Positions 51,902 to 61,160 of a stretch of DNA of 64,000 bases are shown one piece after another. Both the position numbers and the translations under genes were made by a program. How positions within the stretch are numbered: the first letter of the stretch is position 1; the number at the start of each line of letters is the position of its first letter. This DNA is from Piedraia hortae CBS 480.64 (taxonomy: Eukaryota), in contig MU005960.1 of NCBI GenBank assembly GCA_010093745.1, positions 248,636-312,635 of the forward strand, in the 5' to 3' direction. The notes beneath the pieces are model-generated. The model saw only the letters and a list, made by a program, of their open reading frames with translations. It was not told the DNA's origin and did not search any database.

Positions 51902-54215
51902 TCACTCCGCTAGCAGGTCTTGGCCGGAGAGGCTGAAAGCGTACAGCTTCTGTTCGATCAGGTCCTTGTACTCTTCTGAGTTTAGATATGGCGTTGGGAA
52001 GCAAAGGTTGAGGCTTGACGCCAGCCCCATCGAACTGGAGGCAGATGAAGCAGACGACGACTGCGGCGTCGGGCTCGATGCAGCAGAACGGGAAGGAAGG
52101 GAGCCGCGACCGGACGAAGCAGACGAGGCATTGGGCATGCCCCAGTTGCGGTACTTGCGCACGCAGGCCGACCACGACTTGCCTGTTGGAAGTTCGCCTT
52201 CGTTCGCCGCTAGCAGGAAGTGGTTGGGGTGCTACATCATATGGTTAACGCACCCATAGAAACTCCGAAAGCACAAAACTTACCGCCTTCGCAACACGCA
52301 CACGCACTTGATCCACCACGGCAGCAATGATTTCATCCTTCTTGTCTATTTCGAGTGGCTCGAGGCCGTCAAGGCTCAGCCAGTCCACGTAAGACCGGCA
52401 GTCTAGGGAGCAGCGCTGCGCTTCCTCCCCGAAAGCAATGCCCAGCTGGGCGAAACATGGCAATTCCTGGTTAGCAATGACCAGCGGACGTACAGTCCAC
52501 TCGAAGCGCTGGTGGAGGCTGGCGCAGTCATGATGAGCGTTACGCACCGTCACACCGCGATATGTGGCTGCCTGGAGCCGGGCAAGAACGCTGCAGACGC
52601 CCGTGGCGCTGGGGCGATAATCGATGCGCGCTCCGTTATAACGCACCTGGAGCGTCATTTTGGGGTTTTCGTCAATTAGGTTGGCCATGAAGCCCATAGC
52701 AGTGCTGATAAGCTGATCGGCGCACATATCAACAACCGAGCCGCAAAAGAGGTCCAGGATAGGCGTATCATAACGCGTAGACATTTGACGCTCTGGGGCT
52801 CTTGGGGCCATTAGATGGCGGCGAACAAATTTGAACGATGTCTGAGTAGCTTGCGATGCTGCCTGGACTGGAGTCTCGCGGGGTGCCTGAACAGCAGGCG
52901 GAGAGAGTGTTTCTGGCAGGCATGGAGCGGCATTCCCGTCCTTGGAATACATGTCGATAGCAGTGCGGATCTTCTCCTCGTTCTGCTGAGAACGGCGGGT
53001 GCTGCAGTCGGTCTTTAGATGATCTAGGCCGTTGCTCAGGCCTCGGGCCAAAGCCGAGGACAGCTTGACTGTGCTTATCTTCCAGTATGACATTTCCAGT
53101 TCCGAGAGTGACTTCCACAATTCGGCAGGAGAGGACACCTCGGCGGCTGCCTGTGGCTCCATCCTGTCGACGTAGGCGCCGACATGGAAGACGAACAGGC
53201 TGTACCCATTCTTCGCAAACATGCGGTCCAGGCCGCGGAGCAGAGCTTCCCTCCTTGATCCTTCCACGGTCCGGTCAATTCGTGTAAGCTCGCGTTTGAT
53301 ATCGTCTTGGTCGGCGGACAAATGGTGTTGGCTGACCTCGGATTCATTTTTGATCTTGGGCCGCTTCTGGTACTTGCTATAGCGTCCACCGACACGCAGA
53401 TATTCGAGGCCGTTGGTCTGGCCTTTTCCAAAGGCCACCAACATGTTGTTTGTGGCTGACTTCCAGTAATGTTTCTCCTCTAATGACACTTGGTGCCAGC
53501 GAGGGAAAGGCGACCAGACGGGGTTGTTGTGAGCATGATAATAATAAAGAGATCTGCCGTCGACGGCAAACCTGCCGCCGATGAACTGCAGCAGCTGGGA
53601 AGTTTCATCGTCTGAATCCAGGGTGAGAGTATACTGGATCAACTGGAAGAGATCTTGGTGCGACATGTTCTTGTCGAGGCTAAAGGGTTTGGGCGATTTT
53701 TTCTCTTTGTGCTCAATAAGTGCGTTTGGACGACGCTTGGAGGGAGAGGCGCTGATCTCACGATGCTCAATGGCTTCGGAAGGAACAGTCCATGTGCCAT
53801 CTAACAAGGCCGCATGGCGCGTGTCCTCGATAGTGGCAGAAGTGACCGGCTTGGGCTCCACGTTGCCGATGTTGCCGTCGTCGCCGATCTTGTCAGACTG
53901 AACATGGTAATTGCCCGCCAAATAGTTCTGCAAAACCAGAGGCTCTAACGGAGCTAAGCTGCCGTTCATGAGATTCGTTGTGTGACGTGCCCAGTACAGT
54001 TTCTGGTCGCCATCGTCGGCGAGTTTGTGCCAGCGGGCACCCGCGCTGAGGGCGGCTTGGGCCCAGGGTTCCGTGGCTTCGATGTGTGGAATCATATGAA
54101 ATTTGTATAGGGTAAGGCCGGAGGGATCGATTTGTCCCTTCTTGATGGCGTCTAAACGGTCGCTAATCGACATGGCCTTTAGTGCGCTCCAGTCGGGCTG
54201 CGGAGTCGACGCCAT
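51902..54215 (-). CDS. Hypothetical protein with two degenerate HMG-box-like repeats, 2 exons
   Basis: ATG 54215. Intron 52283-52232 (GTAAGT..TTAAC..TAG) joins ORF 51902-52162 in frame. Repeats RWHQVSLEEKHYW and LWKSLSELEMSYW. Confidence 0.7.
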
Positions 54216-54826
54216 GTTCAAAGACGCGGTTATTTCGACGATTGTTAAAGGCGTAACGAATGCCTGTCGAAATGTTTGATATCAGTGTAAAGTTAGTGGG
54301 GGAATGCTGCTGTGACACGCCAAGAAAGAAATTCGTGTGCCCAAACGCGGGCACCTGCTGTCACGCAAATGATGTAAGTTGACTGGTGCGCAATTTGTAT
54401 GCCCATCGTGCGCGTATCGTGTCGATGAGTTCCCACAACCCCCGCCCACCGAATCCCTGCAACTCCGAGCTTCCCTGGCACACTGGCTCCAGATAATGGC
54501 GGCCCTTTATCCCAAATGGCAAGGATCGACGCCTTCTGCAGGGCAACCGTTACGCTAGCAACTGCGTCTCCGTTATGATTGGTTGCGCCAAAAGCCACAA
54601 CGGTCGACGTCCACTAACCACCGATGGATGACAGCCGGCCGTTGGAATGCTCTACTTTCCTGCAAGCGATTCCCGGTGCCATGGCTTTCGTAAAACGCCC
54701 TTGTCACCGTGTAGAAGTGGACGTAGCGACAACTTCGACCGCTTTGACATGAATTGCATCAAGGCAGATTCTGCTCTTTCATGAAAAAATTGGCCTTCCA
54801 TTGCACTTTTGTAGGCTCTCTTACAG

Positions 54827-55870
54827 CTACAGTTTACCGCTCGTCCTGCGCAGACACTCCTGTGCCTCCAATCTTACAGTTTCAGTTATTCCTGCTGCAG
54901 GAAGCACCTCCTTGACTAGACCTACAGCTGTACCAGCGTAGGTTGTCAATCGACCCCAGTCACCGGCTTCAACCGCTTCATCATACTTTTTCTTGTTTTC
55001 TTCAATTCCCATGCCCTTTTCTGCGTCGAAATGGCTATCGTTGAGCACCCCTCGACCACCATATCTCAATGGCCAATCAGTCGTCCCGCGCAGGGTATCG
55101 TAGAGCTTGCCCCTGAGTGTTGTAGATCCTCCGTCTGCCGCTTTTAGAACAGCCGTTTGGTACCCCTGGGATATGATGGCTTCCTTGGAGGCAAGGTACC
55201 GCGTTCCCATAACGACTCCATCAGCACCCAAGGCCATTGCTGCAGCGACACCGCGGCCATCAGCAATACCACCTGCTGCAAGCATGATGGGCTTGTCAAC
55301 AGATGCATCCTTACAAAGCAAGGATATGGCATCGTCAACCTCTGGGAACAGGGGCATTAGACTCGCACAGCGCTCGAGTCCGTGTCCACCGGCATCTGTG
55401 CCCTGCACGACTAGGACCTCAGGCGAGCAGGATTTTACGGCCTCGACAGCATCAGAGACTGTTCCTACTTGGATCCATACACTAGTCGCTGGAGATACGC
55501 CCCGCACACCCTTTGTCCAGCAAACAAGGTCATCACTTTGGCGAGGAGCGAAAAGCCATACTGCTGCAGGTTTATGCTTGGCCAGAATTGGAAGAGAGAC
55601 GTTGAGCAGCTCTTCCCCAGCCCATAGAAGGAAGCCAACTCCGACGGGCAATACATCCTGAGATGAATGGAGCCCAGGCACGTTATCGATAAGCTGCCTG
55701 ACCCGGGTAAGTTCAGAGTCCAAGTTTGAGACATCGCTCCCAGCTCCAATGAACCCTATACCCCCGGCCATTGACACCGAGGCTGCCAAATCAGATAGCG
55801 CAATCAGGCGCATTGGTGCGCTGGCAATCACAGGTTGTTTGGTCCATGGGTAAGAGGACTTCGAATGCAT
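54827..55870 (-). CDS. Nitronate monooxygenase / 2-nitropropane dioxygenase family flavoprotein
   Basis: ASAPM, AGGIGFIG, VVQGTDAGGHG, AAGGIADGRGVAAAMALGADGVVMGTRY. Confidence 0.92.
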   Translation of the reverse strand: MHSKSSYPWTKQPVIASAPMRLIALSDLAASVSMAGGIGFIGAGSDVSNLDSELTRVRQLIDNVPGLHSSQDVLPVGVGFLLWAGEELLNVSLPILAKHKPAAVWLFAPRQSDDLVCWTKGVRGVSPATSVWIQVGTVSDAVEAVKSCSPEVLVVQGTDAGGHGLERCASLMPLFPEVDDAISLLCKDASVDKPIMLAAGGIADGRGVAAAMALGADGVVMGTRYLASKEAIISQGYQTAVLKAADGGSTTLRGKLYDTLRGTTDWPLRYGGRGVLNDSHFDAEKGMGIEENKKKYDEAVEAGDWGRLTTYAGTAVGLVKEVLPAAGITETVRLEAQECLRRTSGKL

Positions 55871-56338
55871 TTTCAATACTATGCAGACTATACATATGAT
55901 CTATCTCGGCATCTGTTCAGACTCGGAACTCTGAACTTTAGACCCGCTTGCTGATTAAGCGCATGTGAGATGGAGAGCTTGACTTGGAGGTATCACAAGC
56001 CACACACGGGATCCTTGAACCGTTGCCATTGTTGTACTGCATATAGGTCAAATAGCGACATCAACTTCATCTCTGTGAGTACCTTTCTCTATGATTCCAG
56101 AAAGTACCATCGCATGCGGAATCTTTCCGAATATGTCACTCGGCTGTCCAACCAACGGCCCGGAAGCTTCCAAGTGAAGTTCGAATAGCGCGTCTGCTGC
56201 ACGAAACTTGTGCCAACAAGATCCGTCACTAGTTCTTTATCACAACCTACCTCGCTGTTACGTTCGTGCTTCACTCTTCCGCTACTCCGACACCCCTCCC
56301 TTCTTTTCCCGCCACATTGACTCCTATAGTGCACAGCC

Positions 56339-56794
56339 ATGAACGCTCCGGACCGGTAGGCCGCTTCTCCAATAGGGAATCCGCGGCACTAAAGCATCTA
56401 GTCACGATCTCGTCTTTTTGACGCCCGACGAGAAAAAAGTCACCTTCGAGCCCGAGACACGTCAGTCTTTACCATCATTCATTCCCTCACTTGCTGATAC
56501 AGTCTAGGCGTGCCTAATGCCGCTATTTTCACTTTCAACAAGGAAGATCACACCATGGGCAATCTGTTGCGCAGCAAGTTGGCCAAGTCCGAGCACGTCC
56601 TCTTTGCCGCCTATCAGGTCCCCCATCCTTTGTTCGCCGTGGTGAAACTGCGTGTGCAGACTGACGGTGAGATCTCCCCTAGGGAGGCCGTTATTCAGGC
56701 CGGCAGAGAAATCGTTCAAGAGCTGTCAAAGCTGGGTCAGGAGTTTACCAAGGAGTTTGAGCTTAAGAAGATCGCCGGAGCGGGAGGGGTATGA
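56339..56794 (+). CDS. RPB11: RNA polymerase II subunit Rpb11, 3 exons
   Basis: MNAPDR start, introns 56356-56401 and 56461-56507, FTFNKEDHTMGNLLR, FAAYQVPHPL. Confidence 0.95.
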
Positions 56795-57147
56795 AACATT
56801 TACTGTCTGACGATGTGTGATATGATATGACGAGAGATCTGCCAACAAAGGCTGCCAAAGGGAACAAGCTAAGTGGGTTCTGACTAGCGATGGTTAGGTA
56901 CATAGCTCCCTATATGCCTTGTTTGACGTGGTGCATTGATTATCCCCACCCCTCCCCCCGCACGCCACTGCATCTCTTTATCTGATGCTATCCCTCCCTT
57001 TCATGCGACAGTTTAGGTTTGCGGGGTCGTCTGACCTTCTGACGTAAGTGCGCCGGGGCCCGCACCTCAACCCTCCCCATACATTGGGCGCCTTATATCG
57101 GGGGAGGGGGTTCTTATCGTTTAGATACCCTGAACAACATCCCGACA

Positions 57148-57915
57148 ATGGCCGAAGATCCAACCAACAACATCAACAGCCCGCAGCGCAACCGTCGGGC
57201 GTCAATCGCGAGCGAGACGCTGGCGAACCTTTTCGGACGCCCACGTGACACCAATAATTCGCCTCCCAGCCAGATGTCGTCGGGCCCCATTAGCCAGGCC
57301 ACGGCAGATGCTCAGCGGAGGCGTCTCTCCCTATCGATTTTGGGGCTTTCGGGGTCGCCGACTTCGCCCGTCGCTCCTCTGCGTGGCTTGCGCAACGACA
57401 GCATCTCCGGCGGCTCCATTGACGAGACCGCCGTGGACGAGGACGGTAGCGGGCCAGCGCCCAACGCCCCGTTTGGCTCTCTCGGACGCCGTATGAGTTT
57501 CGGCGCTAGGGCGTTGCGAGACGTTCACAATGGTACTGCTGCTTCTTCTTTACCCACCGCTACCGCAAAAACCAATATGAAGTCGTCTTGGGGTTCCCAC
57601 GGTAGACCCGGTAGAGGTCTGTCCAATGATTACCGGAATTCCACGTTCCCTTCCCGTCCTTGGTCGTGGGACACGGTCCAATTGCTAACGTTGAATACAG
57701 GCTCGGCTGATTTTTGGGCCGAAAACGTCCGTAATCGCACTGAACGTAACGCGTCCGTTTCTTCCGCCTCCGCCTTTCAGAGTTTCCACAGCCGTGCTAA
57801 GAGCATCTCCACCATGGAGCCTCCGGCTAGAGAATTGCCTCCCCCCTCCAAGCTCGACCGCAAGCCTGATCCCTACCAAGAGCGTATGCTGCGCGGCGAG
57901 CTTTCGTGGGATTAA
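57148..57915 (+). CDS. Conserved fungal hypothetical Ser/Arg-rich protein
   Basis: RRAS/RRLS/RRMS PKA-type sites and C-terminal KPDPYQERMLRGE. Probable in-frame intron ending 57700 (CTAAC..CAG). Confidence 0.75.
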   Translation: MAEDPTNNINSPQRNRRASIASETLANLFGRPRDTNNSPPSQMSSGPISQATADAQRRRLSLSILGLSGSPTSPVAPLRGLRNDSISGGSIDETAVDEDGSGPAPNAPFGSLGRRMSFGARALRDVHNGTAASSLPTATAKTNMKSSWGSHGRPGRGLSNDYRNSTFPSRPWSWDTVQLLTLNTGSADFWAENVRNRTERNASVSSASAFQSFHSRAKSISTMEPPARELPPPSKLDRKPDPYQERMLRGELSWD

Positions 57916-58207
57916 TTAGTAATGCCTCTGTACCAGATTGACGCGGTTATGACCAAATTAGTCCGCAGTGTACAAGTGGTGCTTGTCTGGAAGCTGCATG
58001 TATGTTATTAGCACTGTCCTCACAATGAAATTTGTAGCCGTTCCAACGTCCAGCCATGAACCACAACTTCAACTTGGTGATCGGATGCGCCTCAGAAGAA
58101 CAAAACTGAAACTACAACTTAGTCATTGATGCCGACCAAGCACCACTAAACATGTCCGCTTGCCCCCCTCGCCCAGTTCTGTTTACGCTGAAAACACACT
58201 ACGCTAT

Positions 58208-59394
58208 CTAAGAAGCTGCAGTAGTTTCCTCCGTGGCAGCAGGCTTGTCCTCGGTAGCAGTAGCAGAGGTCGTAGCCGCGGCCGACGCCTTGTCCTCGGC
58301 CTTGGACTCACCAGCAGCAGTGCCCGTCTCTGTCTCGGCGTTGTCAGAAGACGTCCAGAGCGTAAGGTTGTCGCGCAAGAGTTGCATAATCAGCGTGCTG
58401 TCGCGGTACGATTCTTCCGAAAGGCTGTCGAGCTCCGCAATGGCATCGTCAAACGCCTGCTTAGCGAGGTGGCATGCGCGATCGGGAGAGTTGAGGATTT
58501 CGTAGTAGAAGACCGAGAAGTTCAACGCCAAGCCAAGACGGATTGGGTGGGTAGGCGTGAGTTCGTTTTGAGCAACATCCGTGGCGTTCTGCCCAGTCAG
58601 CAAAAGTCTCTTTTCGAACTACCGCTTCCATACCTTGTAGGCCTCGTGAGCAGCTGTGGCGGCCGTCTTGCGCTTGTCACCCGAAGCGAACTCAGCGAGA
58701 TAACGGTGGTAGTCACCCTTCCTAAAACGCGTCAGCGCCCATGCACGGCCATCCAACGACGACTTACATCTTGTGGTAGAAGACTTTGCTCTCGCCGGTC
58801 TCGGCCTTGGGGATGAGGCTCTCGTCAAGCACATCGAGGACGTCTTGGCACACCTTCTCGAGCTCCGTCTCAATCTTCTGGCGGTAGTCACGGATCGTGC
58901 CAACGTGCTTCTCGCTGCCCTTGGTCTCCTCCTTCTGCTCGATGCTGGAAATGATGCGCCACGACGCGCGACGTGTGCCGACCACGTTCTTGTAGGCAAC
59001 AGACAAAAGATTACGCTCGTCTACGGACAACTCGCCGTTCATCTGGCCAGTCAGCATGGCGTCGACCGGTTGTCTTCATCAACGAAACAAACCTTGGCAA
59101 CTTCCTGTTAACAGTTAGCCGCGTTCCGCAATCAATGGAAACGAGTCTCACCTTCATGTACCCGACCATCTCTGTAGCGCAAACACGTCAGCACACTCAT
59201 CATTGCCGCCGCGATACGTACCGTCATAGCGCTCAGCTTGCTCGCACAGTCGGGCGAGAAAAGTCTTGCTAGATCTCAATGTCAGTCACGCTCCCGTCGC
59301 TCGGGAACGACATACGCTTCACGCTGTCAAACACTGTCAGCACACATACACGAACACACAGCTGCGATAGGGGTGCGCTTACATCAGTCGCCAT
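58208..59394 (-). CDS. 14-3-3 protein, 8 exons
   Basis: Exons 59394-59383, 59323-59316, 59268-59222, 59171-59152, 59104-59093, 59042-58768, 58721-58634, 58588-58208 give [65 protein letters not shown]. Confidence 0.96.
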
Positions 59395-61160
59395 CGCGTC
59401 GGTGTTGTAGAAGGTTTGGTCGCTGCGGTTGATGGAGAAGTGTAGCTTTGCAGCAAAGAGTCGGTGTTTTTTGGAAGTTGCAAACGTGATGGACTCAAAG
59501 GGGGAGGTGGGAGGGGAGCGGTTGCGTAGCGGCGGGAGCAGCCGCCCGCGTCACTGATTGTTGAGATCACGTGCCGCGGTTGCATCCGATGCCATCATTT
59601 TGTTGGCGAAAAGTAGTTAATTATGGAAGGAGTGGAAGAATTGGCTATTGACTCCTTTGAGAATGGGACTTGACAAGTCTTCGTTGATGGCTCAAAAGGT
59701 GTCGAATCAGACCAAGTCGCTTGGGCAGCAAACTCAGCCTGCCTGGCTGTGGAGTTGAGCCTGATGCCACACTAACGAGCGCGTCTTTGGATAGCTCTCA
59801 AAGGAATCTACGACTCGACTTTAGTTGTAAAGGCGAAAGGTTCGGTGAATACGAACTGTAGATGGGGGTTAGTGCTACAAGTACAGTCGCCACATTGAAC
59901 AGAGGACACAGCGAGTCAGGTTTCTTGGCGTGTACTTCATGTCGATGTATTCTGTGGAAGGCAGCAAGCATATCAAAACTTTTACTCTCATAAAACTCCC
60001 AAAAATATTGCATCGATTAGAAACCTGCCAGTACACAAATCCATTCTCAATATAAAGCCGGGAGTTATGTCTGCAGAAAGACACCTGCCACCACGATCCA
60101 GCCAAAACCGCCAAAGGATGCCCCTTCCCATGAGTCCGCACTGTGCAAATAATACCTACATCGACCGGGTGTAAATTTTCCCTTGTACTGTAGCATCAAA
60201 AATTTCTCAAATGTCCTTATTGCTTATCAGACCGCTCGTTCAAATGCTCAATAGCCAACAGCATTGGCACGTCAACTTCCTGAATTCCTAATTTTAGAGC
60301 TAAGTAATGAGCCCGCACAATCAATGCATTACGCCCGACCCTTTGAACTAGATCAAATACCTAATCAACCAGTCAGGCAAGAAAGCCATGTTGACGGGGA
60401 TGGCAGGAGATACTCGCAAGCAGATAATATTTTGCATTTTATCGATCACTTCAGTGTTAGACCTAACCAATCGAGTAAGGGAGCAACCTAGAGCACTTAC
60501 ATAGCCAGAGCAAATGTGTAATACTTTGGGAAGTGCTAGAACTTAACGCGAATGCACTCACCACTGTGGCCGCCATAGAAGGAGATGATCAGTTGAATGA
60601 GTCAATCATGACCAGGGAGACGGCATCTCAAACGCTGGGACTGATTTAAAAGTTTCAACGTTGTCAATCCATAATTGCAGCAATCGATTCATGTAGATAT
60701 CTTTTTGGAGAATACCGCAAGGTCAATTTTCACGAAGAAATTCTTCTGATTCATAGGCAGAACCTTACCGAGTTAGGTTAGACGCAAAACCACCATTCTA
60801 ACTTTAACCTACTTAGATCCTTGAAACAAGCTCGCATGAGCCAACATGGCGTCCTGTCATGAACCCGGTCTGGCCAGATATATGCATTGCTCACAAAAAA
60901 CTCCAACTGAAACCAAAGCAGGGCGAAAACTACCATTCGGGATACTGACAGCCCGCCGGCAACATCTTGGTACCTCAGGGGTACGGGGAAGTGTACCCAC
61001 TCCAAACAGCGCACAGTGCTTTTATTATCCCCAAACCAGCGAAACCCTCCCCAGCAAGATCACATTAACCCCCTCAAGAATTGCCCCAATAACAACATGA
61101 GCCCATATTAATTACAGTAAATCACCTCTTATCTATAACACACCCATCAGATAAACACCA

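Noticed and set aside
49597..55870. MFS pump plus nitronate monooxygenase as a secondary-metabolite cluster
   Set aside because: No PKS, NRPS, terpene synthase or cluster regulator nearby; flanked by housekeeping genes.
59600..61100. Gene or pseudogene between 14-3-3 and IRC20
   Set aside because: Only short unrelated ORFs; nothing supportable.
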